The notes below the pieces were generated by a model, which saw nothing but the letters and a program-made list of their open reading frames with translations, was not told the origin of the DNA and did not search any database. DNA of 64,000 nucleotides from an uncultured Nitrosomonadales bacterium. Lineage in GTDB: Bacteria > Pseudomonadota > Gammaproteobacteria > Burkholderiales > Gallionellaceae. The stretch is taken from the NCBI GenBank assembly GCA_903861075.1, contig CAIOSY010000055.1:8877-72876 (forward strand), in the 5' to 3' direction. Positions 31,616 to 40,269 of this stretch are shown in pieces. The translations under genes and the position numbers were made by a program. Each line of letters begins with the position of its first letter. Position 1 is the first letter of the stretch.

Positions 31616-32373
31616 GTAGATAGCGTGCAAAAAGTCATGTCAAAGGGGACATCGTGTTCAAACAGCGTAGATTTTGCCCCGTAGTTTGCCATGATGAAGC
31701 GAACGTTGATTGCATATTTATTGGCACTTAACTCCGGAATGCAAGCCAGATCTTTGTGTAAGGTGACGCGCAATAATTGCGCTGCTCGTCCGCCTTGCAT
31801 TTGTTGGAACGTTCCCTGTTGTGCAACAAAGCTTATTTTTCGGCCATTTTCACGTAATAGGCGCAATAAAATAGCGATGGCGGCACTGATCGGTATAACA
31901 GGAGCCAGCCATCCTTGTAAATTACTACGGCGCAGATGCACAGGTTGATTTTGCCAATAGTGGTAGGAAGGGATGTCGAATTGGCAAGTACCTCCCGGCA
32001 TACTGGCACGCTGCTTGATTCCCATCAGCCATTCATTTTCGCGCAAAAGGGCACCGACTTTTCCATTTATGGCGAGCAAGTCAGTGGCAACCTGCTCAAT
32101 TTCATCCAATATGCTGTTGAGAGCGGTTTCCGAAATGGCAGGATTGTTGTGCAGGCAGGCAAGGGAACGTTTTTGGCGTTCGAGTTCCTGTAATAACTCA
32201 GATTTTAGTTCTGGGCGGCTGGCGACTTCATGCAACTCAAACAGCGTAATCAGCGCGGCATGATGTTCTGTGCCGAGTTCACCCGACATGAAACATGTCA
32301 TGCGAGTGAGCAAATCCTCAAGACGCAGCCAAGTGCGTACTTTTTCATTGAGCGGGAATTCGTAACTGATCAC
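31612..32373 (-). CDS. zapD: cell division protein ZapD
   Basis: YEFPLNEKVRTWLRLE, LKSELLQELERQ, PGGTCQFD and ELSANKY motifs. Confidence 0.95.
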   Translation of the reverse strand: MISYEFPLNEKVRTWLRLEDLLTRMTCFMSGELGTEHHAALITLFELHEVASRPELKSELLQELERQKRSLACLHNNPAISETALNSILDEIEQVATDLLAINGKVGALLRENEWLMGIKQRASMPGGTCQFDIPSYHYWQNQPVHLRRSNLQGWLAPVIPISAAIAILLRLLRENGRKISFVAQQGTFQQMQGGRAAQLLRVTLHKDLACIPELSANKYAINVRFIMANYGAKSTLFEHDVPFDMTFCTLST

Positions 32374-32454
32374 GTCATTAATGCCTGAAGTATGTTTGAA
32401 AATAAAACCGTAGGCGGAAGATAACTTGATGCTTGCCTGCAGTCAATTGCTGTT

Positions 32455-33087
32455 TTATTGTCCGGTGTGTAAATAGCGTTTATGCAACGTTAAAACCAGG
32501 GCTGTCAAGGTATCAAGCGAGCCGTCATTTTGCACGATGTCATCGTTAAGCCGACGTCGCGCCTGTCTTGTCATCTGATGTTGGATAATGGTGCGAATTT
32601 GTTCTTCGTTCATTCCATTACGTTTTATTACACGCGAGATTTGATTTTCCTCACTGCAGTCCACAAGTAATGTCCGTTGTACCAATTGTAGGAAGCCGGG
32701 TGTTTCGAAGAGCAACGGCACCATCAAAATAAGGTAAGGTTTGTCGCATGCCCGGTGTATTAGCTCCTTGCTGTGCGCGAGTATCAGAGGGTGCAGGATT
32801 TGTTCAAGTGTAATTTTTGAATTTTTATCCGTAAAAATCAGTGCCCTCATGGCATGGCGATCCAGTGCGCCGCTCGTCGTAATATATTTTGGACCGAAAG
32901 CCGCGATAATTGCTTGTATGGCTTCCCCGTCAGCCCGGGTGAGTTGATGTGCGATCTCATCGGTATCAATGATGCCGGCTCCGTGCGCTTTAAATAAATT
33001 TGCAACTGTGCTTTTGCCGCAGCCTATGCCCCCTGTCAAACCGATGCAGAAGGGCGTGTCTGTCGTGAGGTGTGGAAGCGGGTTCAT
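32455..33087 (-). CDS. coaE: dephospho-CoA kinase
   Basis: IGLTGGIGCGKSTV, IDTDEIAH, LDR..MR and VPLLFE motifs. ATG at 33087 overlaps the pilD stop. Confidence 0.95.
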   Translation of the reverse strand: MNPLPHLTTDTPFCIGLTGGIGCGKSTVANLFKAHGAGIIDTDEIAHQLTRADGEAIQAIIAAFGPKYITTSGALDRHAMRALIFTDKNSKITLEQILHPLILAHSKELIHRACDKPYLILMVPLLFETPGFLQLVQRTLLVDCSEENQISRVIKRNGMNEEQIRTIIQHQMTRQARRRLNDDIVQNDGSLDTLTALVLTLHKRYLHTGQ

Positions 33088-33950
33088 GGGTTGAGTAAAA
33101 GCAAATACTGTTGGGTGAGTGTGTTGCCATAAAATAAGGCGATTAACCCTGCGCATGCCAGATAAGGACCGAAGGGGATGGCGAGATTGCGGCCGCGTTT
33201 GAGTGCTACGATGAGGAAAATGCCAATGATGCTACCTAGCAAAGAGGACAGGATAATAATCAGGGGCAGCAGTTGCCAGCCTAGCCAGGCACCTAATGCG
33301 GCTAGTAGTTTGAAATCCCCATAACCCATTCCTTCTTTACCTGTCAGAAGTTTGAATAACCAGTAGACTGACCAAAGTGAAAAATAGCCGAATACTGCGC
33401 CTAGTAGGGCATCAGGCAGGGTGGTAAAGGTGTGGTAAAGATTAAAGAGCAAGCCTGTCCAAATGAGTGGCAAGGTGATGTCGTCCGGCAAAAGCTGCGT
33501 GTCGAAATCGATGACTGTGAGTGTGAGTAAGGCCCAAATGAGCACGAGGGCGCCTAAAGTGGTTAAGCCGAACCCGAAATGCCACGCAGCAAATCCACAT
33601 AAGAGCGCGCTAATGGCCTCAATCAGAGGGTAGCGAGGTGAAATGCCTGCGCCACAGACGCGACATTGGCCACGCAAAATAACATAGCTAATCACGGGGA
33701 TGTTTTCCCATGCTGTTATGGCGTGCTGGCAGTGTGGACAGGCGGAACCCGGTGTAAGCAGGTTGTATGGCTCAGTATATTTTTGGGGGGATTCATACAG
33801 TTCGTCACACTGGTTTTGCCAGTCCCTCTTCATCATTATCGGCAAGCGATGGATGACGACATTAAGAAAACTACCCACTACTAATCCCAATAGGGTAATG
33901 AGACTAATAAACAGCGTTGGGGAAGCGTGCAGTAGGTTAAGTATCGTCAT
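33084..33950 (-). CDS. pilD: prepilin peptidase / N-methyltransferase (A24)
   Basis: GSFLNVVIHRLP, CPHC/CRVC zinc motif, LLPD and GMGYGDFKL motifs. Confidence 0.96.
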   Translation of the reverse strand: MTILNLLHASPTLFISLITLLGLVVGSFLNVVIHRLPIMMKRDWQNQCDELYESPQKYTEPYNLLTPGSACPHCQHAITAWENIPVISYVILRGQCRVCGAGISPRYPLIEAISALLCGFAAWHFGFGLTTLGALVLIWALLTLTVIDFDTQLLPDDITLPLIWTGLLFNLYHTFTTLPDALLGAVFGYFSLWSVYWLFKLLTGKEGMGYGDFKLLAALGAWLGWQLLPLIIILSSLLGSIIGIFLIVALKRGRNLAIPFGPYLACAGLIALFYGNTLTQQYLLLLNP

Positions 33951-33956
33951 ATTTTG

Positions 33957-35234
33957 TTATGGCGTAAGGGTTTGTCGTGGGAAAAGTCGTGCTACTTTGA
34001 CGAGACGGTCCTGAGTTTGGATAATTTCAATCGGATAGCCGGCGATTTTGAAGCTGGTGCCCGTTTCTGGAATGTCTTCGAGATGTTCGAGTATCAATCC
34101 ATTTAGCGTTTTAGCGCTGTTTATGGGCAGATGTAAGCCTAGCTTGCGGTTGAGTTCACGCAAACTGGTGCTCCCTTCCAGTAGTAAACTGCCATCTGCC
34201 TGACGTAAAAATTTCTCGGTTTGTCCGGGGGATTGCGTGGTGAATTCGCCGACAATTTCTTCCAGTATATTTTCCAGTGTGACCAGTCCTAGCAGTTCAC
34301 CATATTCATCAACGACTAATCCGAGTCGCGTATGGCGTTCTTGAAACTGCTGGAGTTGCTGTAGCAGAGGGGTGTCTGAGGGAATGAAGTAGGGTTCGTT
34401 CAGTGCGGCGCGTAACTGTGTAATGTCCAGTATCGTTTCCTGGAACAAGGCCGCCACGCGCTTGATATGCAAAATGCCGATAATGTTGCTGGGCGTGTTT
34501 TCATAGACTGGCAGCAAAGTATGGTGGCAGGTAATGATTTGCTGACGCAGTATGTTTTGATCGGTGTTGATATCAAGTGCTTCAATCAGGTTGCGTGAAA
34601 TCATTACGTCATTGACCGTGATACGCTCCAGGTCAACCAGATTGAGCAGCATTTTTTGTTGCTTGCGCGGCAGAAAGTGCTCGGCTTCCAGTACCATGCC
34701 GCGCAATTCTTCCAGGGTCATTTTGTGTTTGCTCTGATCGGTTTGAACCTTAATGCGCAGCAGCCACAGTACGCCTTTTACAATGCCGCCCGCCACCGAT
34801 ACAACGGGATGAAAAAGAGTAATCAACGGGGTGAGTAAGTAACTGGAAGGAAGTGCGACGCGTTCCGGGTAACTCGCCGCGATGATTTTAGGCAGAATTT
34901 CGCTGAATATCAGTAGCATCAGGGTGATTAGCAGCGTGCCGATCAACATGATCAATTCGTTGTGGCCGTAGAGGCGTAGTACGATAAATTCGGTTAAGGT
35001 CGCTGCCGCGACATTAAGCAGTGTATTGCCGAGCAAGATAGATCCGAGTAACTTGTCTATCTTGCCCAATAAGGCAGCGGTTAGTTTTGCGCTCTTGTTG
35101 CCCTTGCGTATCAGATGATTGAGTCGATGACGATTGATCGCCATCATGCTGGTTTCCGAGCCTGAAAAAAAAGCGCTTAAAACCAACAGCAATATTAAGA
35201 TGCCAAACAAGGAAACAGTTGAAAAATCGTCCAA
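33957..35234 (-). CDS. HlyC/CorC (CNNM) family transporter, DUF21-CBS-CorC domains
   Basis: FFSGSET, SEILPK, VVDEYG...TLENILEEIVG and C-terminal LRELNR...TLNG motifs. Confidence 0.93.
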   Translation of the reverse strand: MDDFSTVSLFGILILLLVLSAFFSGSETSMMAINRHRLNHLIRKGNKSAKLTAALLGKIDKLLGSILLGNTLLNVAAATLTEFIVLRLYGHNELIMLIGTLLITLMLLIFSEILPKIIAASYPERVALPSSYLLTPLITLFHPVVSVAGGIVKGVLWLLRIKVQTDQSKHKMTLEELRGMVLEAEHFLPRKQQKMLLNLVDLERITVNDVMISRNLIEALDINTDQNILRQQIITCHHTLLPVYENTPSNIIGILHIKRVAALFQETILDITQLRAALNEPYFIPSDTPLLQQLQQFQERHTRLGLVVDEYGELLGLVTLENILEEIVGEFTTQSPGQTEKFLRQADGSLLLEGSTSLRELNRKLGLHLPINSAKTLNGLILEHLEDIPETGTSFKIAGYPIEIIQTQDRLVKVARLFPRQTLTP

Positions 35235-35286
35235 AATAGAATCGCTAAAGTGAGTTGAGGTAGTGTGCGAGAGCCGCTAGTCTATA

Positions 35287-36075
35287 TCAAGCAGTTGGAC
35301 GACGGTAGTTCCAGCTCATCATTCCTATTCCAATGACTACCATAGGTAAGCTTAGCCATTGCCCCATGCTGATCCCCAGGCTCATTAAACCGAAAATGCC
35401 GTCGTCCGGATTGCGGGCGAATTCGCCTAAAAACCGGAAACTGCCATAACCAATCAGAAATAAACCGGAAACGGCACCGGTCGGGCGCGGTTTTTTTGCA
35501 TATAACCAGAGCAGTGAAAACAACAACACCCCTTCCAATGTGAACTCATAAAGCTGTGAAGGGTGGCGTGGCAGATTATCAACGTGCGGAAAGACCATGC
35601 CCCAGGGCGCATCGGTTGGACGACCCCATAATTCTCCATTGATAAAATTTCCCAGTCGACCAAATCCCAGGCCAGGCGGGACTAAGGGAGCAATAAAGTC
35701 CATTAAATTCAGCCAGCCTATTTTATTTTGCTGAGCAAATATCGCCATGGCCACCAGTACCCCTAAAAACCCGCCGTGGAATGACATGCCACCTTCCCAG
35801 ACAGCGAGAATTTTGAGTGGATTTGCAAAGTAGTACGCCGGGTTGTAGAACAGAACCTCGCCGAGCCGTCCGCCCAATATGACACCCAGTACGCCATAAA
35901 ACAATAAATCGTCTAGTAGTTTGTTGGTGAGTTGAGGGTGACTGAGCGTAATAATGCGCTTTCGTCCCAGCCAGATAAAGCATAAGAAGCCCGCCATATA
36001 CATCAGACCATACCAATGTATGGCGAGAGGACCAACTTGTAGCGCGATAGGATTGATGTGCGGGTAAACGAGCAT
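35287..36075 (-). CDS. lgt: prolipoprotein diacylglyceryl transferase
   Basis: [29 protein letters not shown] and RHPSQLYE motifs. ATG at 36075. Confidence 0.97.
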   Translation of the reverse strand: MLVYPHINPIALQVGPLAIHWYGLMYMAGFLCFIWLGRKRIITLSHPQLTNKLLDDLLFYGVLGVILGGRLGEVLFYNPAYYFANPLKILAVWEGGMSFHGGFLGVLVAMAIFAQQNKIGWLNLMDFIAPLVPPGLGFGRLGNFINGELWGRPTDAPWGMVFPHVDNLPRHPSQLYEFTLEGVLLFSLLWLYAKKPRPTGAVSGLFLIGYGSFRFLGEFARNPDDGIFGLMSLGISMGQWLSLPMVVIGIGMMSWNYRRPTA

Positions 36076-36079
36076 GATG

Positions 36080-36107
36080 TAATCAGGTAGAATTGATAAC
36101 CTGATTA
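36080..36107. promoter_or_regulatory. 9-bp inverted repeat overlapping the lgt and ilvD -10 elements
   Basis: TAATCAGGT-N10-ACCTGATTA. TAGAAT on + (36088-36093) and TATAAT on - (36109-36104). Confidence 0.55.
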
Positions 36108-36138
36108 TACGTGTGCTTCCACTTTTTAGAGAGATATC

Positions 36139-37986
36139 ATGCCCGTTTACCGTTCCCGTACCTCCACTCATGGTCGCAATATGGCCGGTGCTCGCTCCTT
36201 ATGGCGTGCGACCGGCATGACTGAGGGCGATTTTGGCAAGCCCATCATCGCGATCGCCAATTCATTTACCCAGTTTGTACCCGGTCACGTCCATCTTAAG
36301 GACATGGGGCAGCTCGTTGCCCGGGAAATTGAGCGCGCCGGTGGTGTCGCTAAAGAATTTAATACGATTGCCGTGGATGATGGCATCGCGATGGGGCACA
36401 GCGGGATGTTGTATTCCCTGCCCAGTCGTGATTTGATTGCCGATTCTGTGGAGTATATGGTTAATGCCCATTGTGCCGATGCGCTGGTGTGTATTTCTAA
36501 TTGCGACAAAATTACGCCGGGGATGTTGATGGCGGCGATGCGCTTGAATATTCCCGTGGTGTTTGTTTCAGGCGGGCCGATGGAAGCCGGCAAGGTCAAC
36601 TGGAACGGCGTATCGCGGGGTCTGGATCTGGTTGATGCCATGGTGGCCGCGGCCGACAGTAGTTACAGTAATGATCATGTAGAGGCAATTGAACGTTCAG
36701 CGTGTCCGACCTGCGGGTCGTGTTCCGGGATGTTTACGGCTAACTCAATGAATTGTTTGACGGAGGCATTGGGGCTTTCCTTGCCGGGTAATGGTTCGCT
36801 GGTTGCAACGCACGCCGAGCGTAAGCAGTTGTTCCTGCGCGCGGGTCGGGTGATCGTGGATTTGTGTAAACGCTATTACGAAGAGGATGACGAGTCGGTC
36901 TTGCCGCGTAATATTGCAACGTTTAATGCCTTCGAAAATGCCATGACGCTGGATATTTCCATGGGTGGATCAACTAATACCGTGTTGCATTTGCTGGCGA
37001 TTGCGCGCGAAGCCGGTGTCGATTTCACCATGAAGGATATGGATCGATTATCGCGTCATGTTCCCACTTTATGCAAGGTAGCCCCCTCTTCTGAATATCA
37101 CATGGAAGATGTGCATCGCGCAGGGGGGATTCCGGCAATTTTAGGTGAGCTCGATAGAGCGGGCTTGCTGCACGGCGATGCGGGGACGGTGTACAGCAAA
37201 ACATTGCGTGAAGGATTGTTGCAATGGGATATTGTGCAAAGCACGGATGGCACTGCCAGTAAGTTTTTCCGCGCAGCTCCCGGCGGGATCATCACTACGA
37301 TTGCATTTTCACAATCCATGTTATATCCGGATACCGATTCCGATCGCGCTAACGGTTGCATCCGGGACAAGGCGCATGCGTATTCACAGGATGGCGGTTT
37401 GGCGGTGTTGCATGGCAATGTCGCGCTTGATGGGTGTATTGTCAAAACGGCGGGGGTGGATGAAAGTATTTTAAAGTTTACAGGGCGTGCGCGCGTGTTC
37501 GAGAGTCAGGATGATGCGGTAGCGGCTGTATTGGCTGATACCATCGTCGCGGGTGACGTGGTGGTGATACGCTACGAAGGCCCCAAGGGCGGCCCGGGTA
37601 TGCAGGAAATGTTATACCCGACCGCGTACCTGAAATCAAAAGGTCTGGGCAAGGTATGTGCCTTGCTTACCGATGGTCGTTTTTCCGGTGGTACATCGGG
37701 GCTATCCATAGGTCATGTTTCACCTGAAGCTGCGGCAGGTGGCGCGATCGCTTTAGTAGAAGAGGGTGATACCATCGTGATCGATATTCCAAATCGCAGT
37801 ATTACGCTGGCTGTGTCGGACGAAGAAATGACGCGCCGTCACACTCAGATGGTGTCGCGGGGTAAGTTGGCATGGAAACCGCGTGATCGTGATCGTGAGA
37901 TTTCGGTTGCGCTGCGCGCTTATGCTGCTATGACGACCAGTGCGGATAAGGGCGCTGTGAGAGACGTGACGCAGATCGAAAAGTAA
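36139..37986 (+). CDS. ilvD: dihydroxy-acid dehydratase
   Basis: [27 protein letters not shown] and [10 protein letters not shown] motifs. Confidence 0.98.
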   Translation: MPVYRSRTSTHGRNMAGARSLWRATGMTEGDFGKPIIAIANSFTQFVPGHVHLKDMGQLVAREIERAGGVAKEFNTIAVDDGIAMGHSGMLYSLPSRDLIADSVEYMVNAHCADALVCISNCDKITPGMLMAAMRLNIPVVFVSGGPMEAGKVNWNGVSRGLDLVDAMVAAADSSYSNDHVEAIERSACPTCGSCSGMFTANSMNCLTEALGLSLPGNGSLVATHAERKQLFLRAGRVIVDLCKRYYEEDDESVLPRNIATFNAFENAMTLDISMGGSTNTVLHLLAIAREAGVDFTMKDMDRLSRHVPTLCKVAPSSEYHMEDVHRAGGIPAILGELDRAGLLHGDAGTVYSKTLREGLLQWDIVQSTDGTASKFFRAAPGGIITTIAFSQSMLYPDTDSDRANGCIRDKAHAYSQDGGLAVLHGNVALDGCIVKTAGVDESILKFTGRARVFESQDDAVAAVLADTIVAGDVVVIRYEGPKGGPGMQEMLYPTAYLKSKGLGKVCALLTDGRFSGGTSGLSIGHVSPEAAAGGAIALVEEGDTIVIDIPNRSITLAVSDEEMTRRHTQMVSRGKLAWKPRDRDREISVALRAYAAMTTSADKGAVRDVTQIEK

Positions 37987-38011
37987 TTCATTCAGTTAAA
38001 AGGAGAAGAGC

Positions 38012-38917
38012 ATGGCTACAGCATTGAATTCGCAATTTGGTATTAAAGGGCAGCTTAGCTTTCGTGAAGATGCGAGCGGTTTGATCGTCGCAGAAATTGA
38101 TAACGCATTGGGCCGTGCATGGCTGTGTTTGCAAGGCGCGCATTTGATGATGTGGCAGCCAAAAAGTCAGGCTGTGCCGGTGGTGTGGCTGTCTCGCGAC
38201 ACCAAACCTGCCGTCGGGAAATCCATCCGTGGCGGTGCGCCGGTGTGCTGGCCGTGGTTCGGTGCGCATGCGACCGAAACCAGCTTTCCGGGACATGGCT
38301 TTGCACGTACCGTGCCCTGGCGTGTGATTGAATCGGGTATTGAGCCTGATGGTGCAACCCGTATGACGTTGCGCCTGGCGGCAAGTGAGAAGACGCTCGC
38401 CCAGTGGTCACATGAGTGCAATGCGGATCTAACGGTGATTGTCGGCGAGACACTGCGCATGGAATTAAAAACCGAAAATACCGGTGCGACTGATTTTGTT
38501 ATTGGTGAAGCATTGCACACTTATTTTCAGATCGGTGATATTGAACAGATTAGTGTGACCGGTCTCGAAGGCGGTGAATACTGGGATAAGGTGGGCGGCT
38601 CGAATTTGCGTCGTCAGGACGGCGCGGTGAGTTTTTCCGGTGAAGTCGATCGCGTCTACATCAACAGCGGTGCGGAATGTGTAATTCACGACGATAAGCT
38701 CAAACGCCGTATCCATGTTGCCAAGTCAGGTAGCTTATCTACGGTGGTTTGGACGCCCTGGGTAGAAAAAGCCAACAAAATGGGCGATATGGGACAGCCG
38801 GACGGTTGGCGTGAAATGGTTTGCGTGGAATCAGTGAATGCTATCGATAATGTCGTGACCGTAGCGGCTGGCACCTGCCATACCCTGATCGTTGAATATC
38901 GTGCGGAATCTGTGTAG
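38012..38917 (+). CDS. D-hexose-6-phosphate mutarotase (aldose 1-epimerase family, YeaD-like)
   Basis: SIRGGAPVCWPWF, HGFAR, ALHTYF, VVWTPW and MVCVES motifs. Confidence 0.93.
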   Translation: MATALNSQFGIKGQLSFREDASGLIVAEIDNALGRAWLCLQGAHLMMWQPKSQAVPVVWLSRDTKPAVGKSIRGGAPVCWPWFGAHATETSFPGHGFARTVPWRVIESGIEPDGATRMTLRLAASEKTLAQWSHECNADLTVIVGETLRMELKTENTGATDFVIGEALHTYFQIGDIEQISVTGLEGGEYWDKVGGSNLRRQDGAVSFSGEVDRVYINSGAECVIHDDKLKRRIHVAKSGSLSTVVWTPWVEKANKMGDMGQPDGWREMVCVESVNAIDNVVTVAAGTCHTLIVEYRAESV

Positions 38918-39114
38918 CAAGGTTTTTTGTCCTCAAGCTCAGTCGGATGCGTTTTTTTTGTAAAAAGGGGTCAACCTGTACAAGATATTAAGCGTTAATG
39001 GCACACGGTCAGAAAAGTAGGTAGTCAAACTGGGCGGAGTTGTTTAGAATTGCCAGCGGAGGGGAAACCTCCGTATCTTTATAAGTTTTTCGATCATAAA
39101 ACGGAGAGAATAAT

Positions 39115-39432
39115 ATGAAATCTATCATCGTAAGTATGGCAGTAGCAGCAGGTTTGATGATCGCAGGTTCTGCAATGGCTGTTGATATGCCAGCAAATGG
39201 TAAAGCAAAGTGCGGCGCATGCCACGCTATCGACAAAAAGGTAGTTGGTCCAGCTTGGAATGACGTTGCTAAGAAGTATGCTGGCGACAAGGATGCTGAA
39301 AGCAAAATCGCTGCAAGCATCACTAAGGGCGGCGCATTTGGCTGGAAGTTGGGCAATATGCCTCCTAAGGGTATGGGCGCATCCGATGCTGATATCAAAG
39401 AACTGGCACATTTTATCGCTGGTTTGAAGTAA
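39115..39432 (+). CDS. periplasmic monohaem class I cytochrome c (c551/c552 type)
   Basis: Sec signal ending AMA; CGACH, VVGPAW and distal Met in NMPP. Confidence 0.93.
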   Translation: MKSIIVSMAVAAGLMIAGSAMAVDMPANGKAKCGACHAIDKKVVGPAWNDVAKKYAGDKDAESKIAASITKGGAFGWKLGNMPPKGMGASDADIKELAHFIAGLK

Positions 39433-39444
39433 GAAGCGAGTATT

Positions 39445-39477
39445 AAAACAAAGCCGACTAAGTCGGCTTTGTTTTTT
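39445..39477 (+). terminator. intrinsic (probably bidirectional) terminator
   Basis: Perfect 14-bp stem AAAACAAAGCCGAC/GTCGGCTTTGTTTT with a TAA loop and T-tract. Confidence 0.85.
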
Positions 39478-39508
39478 GCGCGTAAGGTAGTAAAAAATTG
39501 GGAATGCC

Positions 39509-39886
39509 ATGAAAAAAAGTTATATGTTGCTGTTGGGTTTGTTTGCGCTCTCCGCTTGTAATAAGACAGAGCAAGCGCATGTCGCTGCATTGCCAGTCGC
39601 TGCTGCTATTGGTAGTCCGTCTGATGAAAATATGCCTTTGCTGGCTAGAGAGAATAATTGTACTGCTTGTCATGCAATTGACAAGAAAGTGGTCGGTCCG
39701 TCATGGATTGAAGTTGCCCGAAAATATAAAGGTGACTCGACAGCAGAAGCGCGCTTGATTATTAAAGTATCTAAAGGGGGAACAGGGGTTTGGGGCACGA
39801 TGCCTATGCCGGCCAATGATGCTTCGGGTAAGAAACAGGATCAAGTAAAAGCGCTGGTCAAGTTTATTCTGGCGTTGGATAAGTAG
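39509..39886 (+). CDS. lipoprotein monohaem cytochrome c (c551/c552 type)
   Basis: Lipobox LSAC, Ala-rich linker, CTACH, VVGPSW and MPMP. Confidence 0.9.
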   Translation: MKKSYMLLLGLFALSACNKTEQAHVAALPVAAAIGSPSDENMPLLARENNCTACHAIDKKVVGPSWIEVARKYKGDSTAEARLIIKVSKGGTGVWGTMPMPANDASGKKQDQVKALVKFILALDK

Positions 39887-39930
39887 TCTGTTTTAAAGCA
39901 CGTAAGTGTTTGCGAAAACGCTTGGTGGGT

Positions 39931-40236
39931 TTAGGCTTTCACGTTGAGTAAGGTACCCATCACATCGTTGTTCACTTTAAACACCGCGAGGTTAGCCAGA
40001 AAAGCATTTTTGGCTTGTAGTTGTTGAACAACGTCTTTTTCTAGTTGAGTGCCTGTGCTGCCTGTGCTGCCTGTGCTGATGGTGGCAACAACGCCGCCAG
40101 AGCTTTCCGCGCTCAGTTTGACTTCCTGCCGGTTAAATCCCGGGGTGGCAAGATTGGCAATGTTTGACGCTGACGCTTGCATGAAAGTTTGCGCTGCATT
40201 CATGCCTGACAGGGAAGTGGCCGAGGTTATATTCAT
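39931..40236 (-). CDS. miniature flagellar basal-body rod/hook-like protein (N- and C-terminal D0 motifs only)
   Basis: N-terminal SGMNAAQ...SNIAN..TPGF and C-terminal V.QL.A...F.AN..V......GTLLNV, joined by a short linker. Confidence 0.8.
   Translation of the reverse strand: MNITSATSLSGMNAAQTFMQASASNIANLATPGFNRQEVKLSAESSGGVVATISTGSTGSTGTQLEKDVVQQLQAKNAFLANLAVFKVNNDVMGTLLNVKA
40051..40077. repeat. in-frame 9-bp tandem repeat x3
   Basis: (GCCTGTGCT)3, encoding (STG)3 in the linker of the mini-rod protein. Confidence 0.9.
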
Positions 40237-40269
40237 AGCAGTTGTTTAAAGGGTTGTAGGGCGGCCAGA

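Noticed and set aside
38999-39014. TGGCAC as a sigma54 -24 element upstream of cytochrome c
   Set aside because: The -12 position reads CAGA rather than TTGC.
39009-39590. 193-aa and 138-aa antisense ORFs across the cytochrome c pair
   Set aside because: Explained by Ala/Gly/Lys-rich codon bias on the sense strand; they also run through the terminator.
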